NCBI GenBank assembly: GCA_029933125.1
Contig: JAOZOU010000004.1
Location: forward strand, 7,240 to 71,239
DNA length: 64,000 nt
Direction: 5' to 3'
Source: a bacterium
Lineage (GTDB): Bacteria > Arandabacterota > Arandabacteria > Arandabacterales > Arandabacteraceae
The notes under the pieces are model-generated. The model did no database searches. It saw only the letters and a list, made by a program, of their open reading frames with translations, and was not told the origin of the DNA. Below are positions 48,138-58,500 of the stretch, piece after piece (within the stretch, counting starts at the first letter, position 1; each line of letters begins with the position of its first letter). The position numbers and the translations under genes were made by a program.

Positions 48138-48830
48138 ATGATGCCACTTATCAAGATGATAGGGATTACTAAAGATTATGAGATGGGAGAGGCTGTCGTT
48201 CATGCCCTGAGAGGAATAGACCTTGAAGTCGAACCCGGTGAATTCCTTGCAATCGTTGGGCCTTCAGGTTCTGGCAAATCCACCCTCATGAATCTTATTG
48301 GTTGCCTTGATAGGCCAACCTCGGGGGAGTATTATCTCGATGGTCGCAAGGTGAGCGACCTCGGTGATGATGATCTTGCTCGTATACGCAACAAGCGTAT
48401 CGGCTTTGTTTTTCAGACCTTCAATCTCTTGCCTCGCACAAATTGTCTGCACAACGTTGAGCTTCCTCTTCTCTATGCCAACGTTGGCAGAAAGGAGCGT
48501 GAAAGGAAAGCCCTTGAGATTCTCGAAAGGGTTGGACTTAGTGACCGTGTCTATCACAATCCCAATGAACTTTCCGGTGGTGAGCGTCAGCGAGTTGCAA
48601 TTGCTCGTGCGCTCGTCAATGATCCTGCAATTGTGCTTGCAGATGAGCCGACTGGCAATCTTGACAGCAAGACGGGATCGGAGATAATGTCAATCTTCAC
48701 CGACCTTAATAAAGAAGGCAAAACTATTGTGCTTGTCACCCACGAACGCTATATTGCTGACTATTCCAAAAGGATCGTCTTCCTTCGGGATGGCACGATC
48801 GTGAGTGAGGATAGTGGTATCCTGCGCTGA
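48138..48830 (+). CDS. ABC transporter ATP-binding protein (MacB/LolD-type)
   Basis: GPSGSGKST, IGFVFQ, LSGGERQR, LADEPTGNLD. Confidence 0.95.
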   Translation: MMPLIKMIGITKDYEMGEAVVHALRGIDLEVEPGEFLAIVGPSGSGKSTLMNLIGCLDRPTSGEYYLDGRKVSDLGDDDLARIRNKRIGFVFQTFNLLPRTNCLHNVELPLLYANVGRKERERKALEILERVGLSDRVYHNPNELSGGERQRVAIARALVNDPAIVLADEPTGNLDSKTGSEIMSIFTDLNKEGKTIVLVTHERYIADYSKRIVFLRDGTIVSEDSGILR

Positions 48831-48840
48831 GGCATCCTCT

Positions 48841-50049
48841 CTATGAGGGACTATCGAGACCAAGATCGCTGTGGAGGTTCCTTATTGCATTTACCACCCT
48901 ATCACGTTTGGTGAGAACCGTAAGTGATATACCCGAAGTTGATATTGCAAGCGGTTTAAGGCCGCTTCGCGAAAGGCTGGCAAGTACTTCTTTTGCGATT
49001 CGGGGTCTGGCACACAACCCGTTGCCCACAACAGAGATCGTCGCGACTTCGGTATCTACCCTGAGATTGGATATCCCTAGGGAATCCATCTCGCTTGCTA
49101 CTTCATCAAAATGTTCTTCCGGTAGCACAATCAGGACCCTGCCCTCCTCGCTTGAGACAATTATGAGTTTTGCTGGAATACCTAAAGCCTCCAACTTTCC
49201 CAGAATCTCCTCACTCGCCCTCATAGGATCATCAAGGCCTCTGGCTTCTATACTTGCAACATTTAGGTCCTGAGTTATCCCCCTTATCTCAGCACGTTCG
49301 ATATTTTCCTTTGCAGTTACCACTGTTCCAGGCTCCTTGCTAAAGGATGATTGGACATGGACGTCAACCTTAAAACGCCTTGCAATATCAACGCTGCGCC
49401 AATGGAGAACGCCGGCACCGCAGAATGCAAGCTCAAGCATCTCATCGTAGGAGATTGCCTCGAGCTTTTTGGCTTTCGGAACAAGCCTTGGATCAGCTGT
49501 ATATACGCCACCAACATCGGTGAATATCTCGCATCTGGCAGCATTGAATGCAGCAGCCAGGGCAACACAGGTCGTATCCGAACCGCCCCTTCCAAGGGTT
49601 GTAACCTCTTTGTTAGGGCTTACCCCCTGAAAACCTGCAACTATAACAATTTTACCCTTGTTCAATTCATCTTGCACCCTAAAAGCTCGTACATCAATGA
49701 TCCTGGCACGCGTATGCGCTGTATCGGTTACGATGCCACTCTGCGAGCCTGTAAACGATATTGCCTCATAGCCTAATTCACTTATCGCCATGGACAGAAG
49801 CGACATGGAAATACGCTCGCCTGCAGTGAGTAGCATGTCGAGTTCACGTCTAGGAGGATTTGGTGATACAACCTTAGCAAGCTGGAATAGACGATCGGTG
49901 GTGTCTCCCATGGCTGAGACAACCACTATGACATCGCTGCCCTTGCGCTTCTCTCGAACAACTCTTGATGCGACTTGCTTTATGCGTTCAGGTGTTGCGA
50001 GTGAGGAACCACCAAATTTCTGGATGACAAGATTTTTTGCTACCCTCAC
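48841..50049 (-). CDS. lysC: Aspartate kinase
   Basis: [31 protein letters not shown]; ACT domains. Confidence 0.95.
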   Translation of the reverse strand: MRVAKNLVIQKFGGSSLATPERIKQVASRVVREKRKGSDVIVVVSAMGDTTDRLFQLAKVVSPNPPRRELDMLLTAGERISMSLLSMAISELGYEAISFTGSQSGIVTDTAHTRARIIDVRAFRVQDELNKGKIVIVAGFQGVSPNKEVTTLGRGGSDTTCVALAAAFNAARCEIFTDVGGVYTADPRLVPKAKKLEAISYDEMLELAFCGAGVLHWRSVDIARRFKVDVHVQSSFSKEPGTVVTAKENIERAEIRGITQDLNVASIEARGLDDPMRASEEILGKLEALGIPAKLIIVSSEEGRVLIVLPEEHFDEVASEMDSLGISNLRVDTEVATISVVGNGLCARPRIAKEVLASLSRSGLKPLAISTSGISLTVLTKRDRVVNAIRNLHSDLGLDSPS

Positions 50050-50148
50050 AATTATCCTCGCTTTACTAGTTTGACGGCATTATGTTAAAATGCTTGGCGT
50101 TTTCATGGCAAGGGTAATGTATTTGATGTCTCCACAGGGGGTTGCTCA

Positions 50149-50778
50149 ATGAGATCTAAGCCAGTTCTTTTTCTTGCTGTTGTTGTCTTGATGGTTGGTT
50201 GTGGAATATGGGGTGTGAAAAGGGCTCCGGTCGAAAACCTGCCCGAAGATGCTGATCCAGAAGTCAAGATCGACATGCTCGAAAATATGAAGACAGACTA
50301 CCCCGATGATCCCAATCTCTATTTCACACTTGCCAATCTGTACTATGACCAGCTAATGGTGGATGAGGCTCGAACCAACTACGAGAAGGCTCTCGCTGTT
50401 GATCCCAAGTTCAACAAAGCGAGAGTCAATCTTGCTATGTTGCTGCTTGAGTCAGATGAGGTTGATTCAGCAAAGACCCTCCTTGAGCAAGCAATCAAGA
50501 TGGATGATAAGGATGCCAAGGCTTATACAAATCTTGGGCTTCTCTATTATGCTCAGAAGGATATTGACAAGGCTGTCCACTACTTCGACCAAGCAGTCGA
50601 GGTTGATTCCACATGTGCTGAAGCTCATTACAATCTCGGGATGGCTTTTGCCGAGTCAGGGCTTCTCCTTGAAGCAATAAGAGAGTGGCGCAAGGTTGTT
50701 GAGCTTGCACCTGACAGTGACATAGCTGAGCAAGCCAAGATGTCTCTGGAGAGAACGGAGAAGCTTCTCAAGCGATAG
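50149..50778 (+). CDS. TPR-repeat lipoprotein
   Basis: Lipobox MVGC; TPR units. Confidence 0.88.
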   Translation: MRSKPVLFLAVVVLMVGCGIWGVKRAPVENLPEDADPEVKIDMLENMKTDYPDDPNLYFTLANLYYDQLMVDEARTNYEKALAVDPKFNKARVNLAMLLLESDEVDSAKTLLEQAIKMDDKDAKAYTNLGLLYYAQKDIDKAVHYFDQAVEVDSTCAEAHYNLGMAFAESGLLLEAIREWRKVVELAPDSDIAEQAKMSLERTEKLLKR

Positions 50779-50918
50779 GGTGGTAGGGAGACGACGCTAG
50801 GCATTCTGCCGGTATGGGAGTAACTCCAAATGGATTGACAGGCTTAGGTTGATTTGTTAATGTGTCTCGGCACAAAATCGGACGCTGTCAATATGCAGTT
50901 GCGAAAGGAGTGGAATCC

Positions 50919-52058
50919 ATGAGAGTTCGCACGGTGTTGGCTGGCTTTTTCGTTATGCTGGTCGCTCTTAGCGGTTGTGTGAGCCAACAGGCATCTCAAC
51001 AGCCCGTGGCAACTCCTAAGAAGGAGGAGCCTCAGATTAGTGAAGTCGACAAGCATTATTATCTTGGTGCTGAATACTTGCGTAATGAGATGTACGGAGA
51101 TGCGACTCGTGAATTCAAGAAGGTACTTGAGTTAGATCCTAACTATCAGAAAGCTTATGCGAACCTGGGCTTCATCTACCTCCAGCAGGGACGACTTGAC
51201 GAATCCATCCAGATGTATAAGAAATCAGTGGAGCTCGCTCCCAACGATGCTGAAGCGCATGCTGCATTGGGTTGGGCTTACATGGCTGATGGCAAGTTTG
51301 GCAAAGCTCTCGATGAGTACCAGACAGCAATCAGGCTTGAGCCGGATAAGCCTGACTTCTTTCTCAATCTTGGGGCAGCCTATGATAAGCAGGGAAGATT
51401 GGCAGAGGCTATTGAGGCAGATCGTAAAGCCGTTGAGCTCGACCCCAACAATCTCAAGAATGTTTTGACTCTTGCTAACATACTTTATGAGAACAATCTC
51501 TATGTAGATGCGATCAGTGTATATTCCCACGCTCTGAGGCTTGATCCTGAGCAGTTTAGCGTAATCAAAACCCTCGGTTTCCTAAATCTTAAAGTGGAGA
51601 ACTTTGCAGCAGCTGTGGACTTCTACGAGCGAGCAGTTGCCAAGAGGCCTGATGATGCCCAGATACGCTACTGGCTTGCTGCTGCCTATGATAAGCTGGG
51701 CAAGACTGACAAGGCGATTGAGCATATGCAAAAGGCATTGGATCTTGATCCCCAGAACAAGGATCTCTACTGGCTTCTCGGGGATCTTTATAACAAAGCC
51801 AAGCGTTACAGCGAGGCGATAGCTATTGCCAAAAAAGGACTCGAAATCGATCCTCTCAATGCTGGATCCTATTGCGTATGGGGTAAGGCACTTGAGAAGA
51901 TGGAACGTTACGAGGAAGCAATTGACCGCTTCCAGAAAGCTGTCAATTGCCATGATCCCAACTGGACCCCCTATGCCAAGAAGGAAATAGAGCGCCAGCA
52001 GAAGCTCATCGAGATTCGCGAGCTAAAGAAACAGCAGCAGGAGCTCGAAGGAGAATAG
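50919..52058 (+). CDS. TPR-repeat lipoprotein
   Basis: Lipobox LSGC; about 9 TPR units; start ATG 50919 after AAGGAG. Confidence 0.9.
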   Translation: MRVRTVLAGFFVMLVALSGCVSQQASQQPVATPKKEEPQISEVDKHYYLGAEYLRNEMYGDATREFKKVLELDPNYQKAYANLGFIYLQQGRLDESIQMYKKSVELAPNDAEAHAALGWAYMADGKFGKALDEYQTAIRLEPDKPDFFLNLGAAYDKQGRLAEAIEADRKAVELDPNNLKNVLTLANILYENNLYVDAISVYSHALRLDPEQFSVIKTLGFLNLKVENFAAAVDFYERAVAKRPDDAQIRYWLAAAYDKLGKTDKAIEHMQKALDLDPQNKDLYWLLGDLYNKAKRYSEAIAIAKKGLEIDPLNAGSYCVWGKALEKMERYEEAIDRFQKAVNCHDPNWTPYAKKEIERQQKLIEIRELKKQQQELEGE

Positions 52059-52107
52059 GGGACTCAAAAGACGTACCCCACAACCTCTTCAGTAACCTGG
52101 TTTGGTC

Positions 52108-52138
52108 TTGACACCAAATTAAGCCGTTGTTATACAAT
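52108..52138 (+). promoter_or_regulatory. Sigma70 promoter of the tRNA operon
   Basis: TTGACA-N17-TATACA(AT) with TG extension. Confidence 0.7.
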
Positions 52139-52154
52139 TATCAGAGGAAGTAGC

Positions 52155-52240
52155 GGAGGGATGGCCGAGCGGTCTAAGGCGGCGGTCTTGAAAACCGTTG
52201 ACCGAAAGGTCCGTGGGTTCGAATCCTACTCCCTCCGCCA
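52155..52240 (+). tRNA. tRNA-Ser(TGA)
   Basis: Acceptor GGAGGGA/TCCCTCC, anticodon loop CT-TGA-AA, long variable arm, GGTTCGAATC, encoded CCA. Confidence 0.97.
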
Positions 52241-52258
52241 ACTGGTGTTTTACCGCAC

Positions 52259-52352
<94 letters not shown>

Positions 52353-52461
52353 GTCATGTGGCTTGAGCACAACGGGGAGAGCAAGCAATTGAACTCAATA
52401 TTGAGTTTGATTGCAAGCGTACATGCATAGAGATCACTATCGAGGATATGGAATTGGAGGT

Positions 52462-52535
52462 GCGCCTGTAGCTCAATTGGATAGAGCGCGTGGCTACGGA
52501 CCACGAGGTTGCGGGTTCGAGTCCTGCCGGGCGCG
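52462..52535 (+). tRNA. tRNA-Arg(ACG)
   Basis: GCGCCTG/CGGGCGC acceptor, CT-ACG-GA loop; no encoded CCA. Confidence 0.97.
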
Positions 52536-52566
52536 CTTTTCTTTTGTTTCCTTAGGGGGTGCCAGG

Positions 52567-53442
52567 ATGAGATTGGTAGGTGTGGGACTTGTTGTTTTGC
52601 TCCTGGTCGCAGTGATGGTGGCACAAGGCCCTGCGCGAACGCTCGTTGTTCCGAAACAGATCAGTCAAGTGAGCGAAGCTGTAAGAGAGGCTTACTATGG
52701 TGATACGGTGCTTGTCTATCCAGGTAGATATAGAGTTCAGGAAACCTTGCGAAGTGGAGTGAAACTCCTCTCAGCAAAGGGACCTGACTCAACCATCCTG
52801 TGGAACAGAAGATGGCACATACTCAAGCTCGTCGATTGTGATCTGGAGACTGTGGTCTCAGGTTTCACCTTTGCAGGAAGAGGAAGCAATGTGTGCCTTG
52901 CCTGTACTACAGGTGCACCTTCAATTATCAACAATGTCATAAAGGACTCGTGGGATGGGATAAGCCTTTATAAGTGCAATGCTTACGTGAAGGGCAATCG
53001 TATTACTGGATGCAATAGAGGAATAGACATGGATCATAGTGATCCAGAGATTGTCGAGAACGAGTTCTACAAGAATGGCGATGCTCTATCCATCGTGAGC
53101 TCCTCTCCTGTAATTGCTCGATGCACCTTTGATGGCAATAGCAGAGCTATTCTTATCCTCGGTCATTCATATCCATCAATTGGGGGCTCGCTTAATACAG
53201 CAAATGACATTCTGAAGAATGGCTACACCATATACAATGCTGGGCTTAAGATTGAAGGTACCGAATACACTGATAAGCCGGAAGTGGCTGTAGCTACCTA
53301 CAATTACTGGGGAAGTGACTGCCCAGATGAGAAGCGTATGCGAGGTGAGGTCGTCATAAAACCGTGGACAAATGCAGCACATGATACCCTCTTCGAGGAG
53401 TGTCCTGAAAAGGTTGAGGAGACCGAACCCAAGCAGGAGTAG
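52567..53442 (+). CDS. Secreted right-handed beta-helix (NosD/pectin-lyase-like) protein
   Basis: Signal peptide, GDTVLVYPGRY, SAKGP, repeated P.I.NN strands, ATYNYWG. Confidence 0.8.
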   Translation: MRLVGVGLVVLLLVAVMVAQGPARTLVVPKQISQVSEAVREAYYGDTVLVYPGRYRVQETLRSGVKLLSAKGPDSTILWNRRWHILKLVDCDLETVVSGFTFAGRGSNVCLACTTGAPSIINNVIKDSWDGISLYKCNAYVKGNRITGCNRGIDMDHSDPEIVENEFYKNGDALSIVSSSPVIARCTFDGNSRAILILGHSYPSIGGSLNTANDILKNGYTIYNAGLKIEGTEYTDKPEVAVATYNYWGSDCPDEKRMRGEVVIKPWTNAAHDTLFEECPEKVEETEPKQE

Positions 53443-53497
53443 ATCTCGCCCTCTGCTTGAGCAGTCTAAGCCCCCTGAGCCGTCGAGGGAGCCCGTA

Positions 53498-55543
53498 GTG
53501 GCAGTAGCTCCAGCATGGAAACGCCGCCTTTTCCTGATAGTATTTGCCATCGCTCTCACCGTTCGAATTGCCTACATAGTCGATCTGAGAAATTCTCCAT
53601 ACTATGAACACCCAATTCTTGATGCCTACTGGTATGATTCCCGCGCTCAGGAAGTTCTGGCTGGGGATAGCCTTGCAAGCCAGGGAGCCTTCAGAGTCCC
53701 CCTGTACATTTACTTCCTCACTGGCTGTTATTCTCTCTTTGGGCATGAATATGGCGGCGTTCTTAGCATTCAGGCAATACTTGGATCGCTAGCCTGTGGC
53801 ATTGTCTTGCTTCTGGGCTTGCGGATTTTTGGACTTGCTGGTGGCTTGATCGCTGGATTGGGATTGGCTCTTTACCGTATGGCTATCTTCTCCGATGGTG
53901 AGCTCCTTCCAACGACACTTTTCATTGTACTTGTTCTTCTGGGAGCTTACTATGTTGTGGAGCTCCTTAGAACTGATAGATACAGCAAGGCCCTGGTGGG
54001 TGGCTTGTGGCTCGGGCTCGCCTTTCTTACTCGGCCTGATGTACTTCCATTCGTTGTTGCAGTTGTGGTTCTTATCTTCATCACCTTTAGTCTTAAGAAA
54101 GCCTTCGGTGCTACCGTTTTAGTCATCATACCCATAGTTGTGGCGATGTTACTTCTTGGCTTCCGCAACAGGACGATATCTGGGGAATTCTATGTCTTCT
54201 CACCTCAGGGAGCGGTAAATCTCTATGCTGGCAATTCCCTGGCTTCGGATGGCAAAACACCTCAGGCCCCAGCCACTCGAACTCCCTACACTATAACGGC
54301 TGATCCAGGTCAGGATGCTATGCTTCTGGCATCCAAGGTTGCAGCAAGCGAAGACATGGGGCGTGAGCTTTCCGACCGTGAACTTGGACGCTATTATCTC
54401 GAACGCACCCTGCGCGAGATCCAAAGCAAGCCTGTAAGGTGGATAGGGCTTCTTCTGCGTAAAGTATATTACTTTCTAAATTCTTACGAACGAAGCGACA
54501 TCAAGCCCTTATGGCGTTTTGGCCGAAGGCATTCGAAAGTTTTTGCAATGCCGCTTCTCTCATATGCGATCCTGATGCCCCTTGGTTTGCTCGGCGCAGG
54601 TCTTGTAGTGGCCAGGCGCATAAAGCTCGCCTACATAGCACTTGCCGGCTTGCTTGCCTTTGGGTTTAACTCAGTTGTCTTCTTTGTCTCCTGGAGGAAT
54701 CGTCTTCCTGCTGTAGCATTTCTCTGGATACTGGCTGGCTATGCAGTGACCCATGTCGTTTCGCAGGTTCATGCCGGAAGATGGTCCAGAGTTCTATCCT
54801 GTGGGGTAATCATTTTCCTGCTTGCTCTTGTCTCAAAATCTCATTTCTTTGGTGTCACGGACGAGCCATTTGCAACCCAATATATGGTAAATGAGGCAGC
54901 CGTCTATGCCATGAGTGGCAAGTATGATGAAGCAATCGCCATCTACGAAGAAGCGATAGGTGCTGACCCTGCAAATCCGAGTCCCTACTATTTACTTGGT
55001 AAAGTCTATGCCAAACTTGGCAAGATTGATGAATGCAGGAAGATGATGGCAGCGGCTACGCGACTCAATCGTGCATATCTTCCTTATGCCCATCTCACAA
55101 TTGGTGTGGCTTTGACCAAGAATGGCGACCTTGGAGGCGCTGCTGAGGAATTCACTCAAGCCCTTGCTGCTGATCCAAATCTTGGGCTTGCTGCTTACAA
55201 TCTTGGACTTTGTCTTCTCAATGCCGGTAGGTTCGAGGAGGCCAGAACTGCCCTCATGCGTGCTGAGACCCTTTGCGCCGATGATGCTCAGACGATGAGT
55301 GCCATCGCAATTGCCTGGATCAAGCTGGGAGAGGCCGAGCGTGCTGAGGGTATAGTGAGGAAGATCCTAAGAAGTCATCCAAAGGATGTTGATGTTCTCT
55401 ATGCCCTGGGACTAGCCCTCGAGGCTCAGGGTAAGAACGATGAGGCTCTTGGTTATTTCAAAATGGCACTCAGGTATCGTCCAGATCGCGAGGCGATAAG
55501 GACAAAAGTGCGCCAACTTGAGAGCCTGAATTCACTGAGATGA
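53498..55543 (+). CDS. GT-C/PMT-like (GT39) glycosyltransferase with C-terminal TPRs
   Basis: LDAYWYD..A, FRVPLY, TRP, G.NLY.GN, R.RLP; many TM segments plus TPRs; start uncertain. Confidence 0.8.
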   Translation: MAVAPAWKRRLFLIVFAIALTVRIAYIVDLRNSPYYEHPILDAYWYDSRAQEVLAGDSLASQGAFRVPLYIYFLTGCYSLFGHEYGGVLSIQAILGSLACGIVLLLGLRIFGLAGGLIAGLGLALYRMAIFSDGELLPTTLFIVLVLLGAYYVVELLRTDRYSKALVGGLWLGLAFLTRPDVLPFVVAVVVLIFITFSLKKAFGATVLVIIPIVVAMLLLGFRNRTISGEFYVFSPQGAVNLYAGNSLASDGKTPQAPATRTPYTITADPGQDAMLLASKVAASEDMGRELSDRELGRYYLERTLREIQSKPVRWIGLLLRKVYYFLNSYERSDIKPLWRFGRRHSKVFAMPLLSYAILMPLGLLGAGLVVARRIKLAYIALAGLLAFGFNSVVFFVSWRNRLPAVAFLWILAGYAVTHVVSQVHAGRWSRVLSCGVIIFLLALVSKSHFFGVTDEPFATQYMVNEAAVYAMSGKYDEAIAIYEEAIGADPANPSPYYLLGKVYAKLGKIDECRKMMAAATRLNRAYLPYAHLTIGVALTKNGDLGGAAEEFTQALAADPNLGLAAYNLGLCLLNAGRFEEARTALMRAETLCADDAQTMSAIAIAWIKLGEAERAEGIVRKILRSHPKDVDVLYALGLALEAQGKNDEALGYFKMALRYRPDREAIRTKVRQLESLNSLR

Positions 55544-58500
55544 AATCTCAAAGGCCACACCACCTTTTCTTTGTGCTAATCTCACTTCTCTGGGCAAGCG
55601 TAGCATTTGCAATGCCACCACGACCTGATCTCCTTGAAGAATTCAAAGACAAGCCGCGTTCTGAACTTCCGCTTGAGCTTACCCGGCTCGGTGCAAGAGG
55701 GTTTCCCCCAAAACCCAGGCTCATGCTTCCTGATACCGTGATGTGTCTCGTCATTCTAATCGATTTCGAGGATGGTCACGCTGATACACTCGCTCACTCC
55801 GTCGAGCACTTCGATGAGCTTCTCTTCAGCTGCGAGAACGGGCGAAGCATGAGAAGCTATTATCTCTCAAACTCCTATGGAAAGCTCGACATAGTCGGTG
55901 ATGTGAAAGGCTGGTTCCGCTTGCCCCAGCCTTTAGCCTTCTATGCTGACGAAAGGCGAGGCATGGGCTACTACCCTCATAACGCCCAGAAGATGGTCGA
56001 GGATGCTGTAGTCGCGGCTGATCCTTACGTGGATTTCTCACTCTACGATAATGATGGACCTGATGGGATACCGTCGAGTGGTGATGATGATGGCTATGTT
56101 GATTTTCTCCTTGTCGTTCATGGAGGCTCAGGCTATGAGTGGACATTGAATCCTTCCGACATTCATTCTCATGCAGGAACTATCCGGCCACTGGAGGCTG
56201 ACGGTGTAAAGGTGAGAACCTATGCCACTGAGCCTGAGGATGGAAACATTGGCACGTTTGCGCATGAATTTGGTCACCTTCTTGGCTTGCCAGATCTTTA
56301 TGATCCAACCCTGAGCACCTTCGGACTTGGTATGTGGTCACTTATGGCTTATGGATCATGGGGTGGAGGTGATGGCTCGCGCCCGGTCGGGCTTGATGCC
56401 TGGAGCAAGGTAAGGCTGGGCTTCGTAGAGCCTGTTGTCATTGATACCAACTTCACAGCCTATGAACTTCCCAATGTTGAGGATAGTGCCGTTGTGCTTA
56501 AGCTCTGGAATGGGGGAGAGGAAGGTGCTCAGTACTTCTTAGTGGAAAACCGCCGTGCAGTTGGCTGTGATTCGTATCTTGGGCGATTCGGTGAGGGCTT
56601 GCTCATCTATCATGTTGATGAAAGATACGATGGTAATTCTTCACCAACAGGACATCTTGTGAGTCTTGAACAGGCTGATGGAAGATTTGATCTTGAACGC
56701 AGAAGGGTCTTCGGATTTGGATCCGATAGTGGTGACCCCTATCCGGGTTCGACTGGGAATCGCTCATTCGGATGGTGGACGACTCCAAGCAACTATTCGA
56801 ACGAAGGAAGCCCAACGCAGGTAACCATCCTAAACATAAGTGATCCTGGAGATTTGATGAAATTTGACGTTGGTGTAACATCGCCCGTCGTTTTGCTCGA
56901 GGACTACAGCGTAGATGATTCAAGAGGCGATGGCGATGGGAGACCAGAAGCTGGGGAAGATATAGACATTCTTGTAAGGCTTCACAATTACGGCGCAAAA
57001 TGTGAGAGCCTCAGGGTGGAGCTTGGCTGCGACGATTCTGGTATAGACATATACGAAGATAAAGCTTCGATCCCGCTTATAGGTTCACAAGAGATCTCTC
57101 AGCCCGTGAGGTTCGCAGCAAGAATCGGGGAAAGTGTGCTCGAGCCTTATCAATTTGGGTTTTCTCTCGAGATGGCTGGGCGGTTTGCATTCGGAACTTA
57201 CGAGTATTCAGACAATTTCATCTTTACCGTGCCTTTGCATTTGCTTGAGGGATTTCCAGTTGAAACCAATGGTGGTATTGTTGCTCCTCTTGCTGCTTCT
57301 GACATTGACAACGATGGTCTCAAGGAGATTATTGCAGCTACTCAGAATGGTTATGTTTATCTATGGCGCGCAGATGGGAGCCAGCTTGATGGCTGGCCTG
57401 TCCACATTGGACATCCCATTCACTCCAAACCGGCCGTTTGTGATCTCGATGTCGATGGTAAGCGTGAGATCATCGTGACGACTGTCTCCGGACTTGTGTA
57501 TGTGCTCAGATCTGATGGAACACTGGAGGAAGGATGGCCTCAGCAGATGGGCTCCGAGGTGCGCTCGGATGCTGTTTTAGCAGACATTGACGATGATGGA
57601 CTTGTGGAGGTCATCTGTGCAGATGTATATGGTGAAGTCTCTGCTTGGAATGAAGATGGTATGGCAGCAGATGGATGGCCAAAACACTTAAATGAGAAGA
57701 TATGGATGTCAGCAGCTGCTGCTGATGTGGATGGCGACTATGTACCTGAGATCGTAATTGGGGGCTACGGTGGCAAACTCTATGTTCTTGAAGGTGATGG
57801 ATCGATTGCAGATGGCTGGCCCGTAAGTGTCGGGAGGGGGTGTGGCAGAGGCTCGCCATCGATAGCCGATTTCGATGCTGACGGTAAACTTGAAATAGCA
57901 GTTTCGGGCCTTTTCTCAAACTCCACGTATGTGGTTGAGCTTGATGGCACGATTCACGAGGGCTGGCCAAGATGGTCGTTTAATTGCAGTGAGCTCAGTA
58001 GTCCCGTTCCGGTGGACCTTGATAGTGATGGTGTCCCTGAGATTGCAGTATCAACCTCCTGTGGAACAATCGTTGCATGGAATGGCGATGGAAGCATTTG
58101 CAAGGTGATTCAGGGGACGGCTCCAGATCCCATGCACAATTGCGAGCCCATCTTCTGTGATCTTGATGGAAATGGCACAATTGAGGCCATAGGGACAACT
58201 GATGGTAAGACTCGAGGTGAAGTCTATGCCTTTGGCGCATCAGGTATTGTTGGTGGATTTCCTCTAAATGCAGGTAGGGGGATCCGCTCGACACCTCTCG
58301 TCTGTGATCTCGATGATGATGGCAACTTTGAGATAGCGGCTGCAACGACCGGTGGCAAGTTATCCATCTGGCGCTTTGCAGGCGCCAAGGGGGCTGGAAG
58401 GAAGGAGTATGCCGAGGCAAGGGGCAATACCTGGAACACGGGTCAATATGGTTTCGAGGCGAAGGAGAACATGCCGATGGCTGATCTTGTGGTCTATGCC

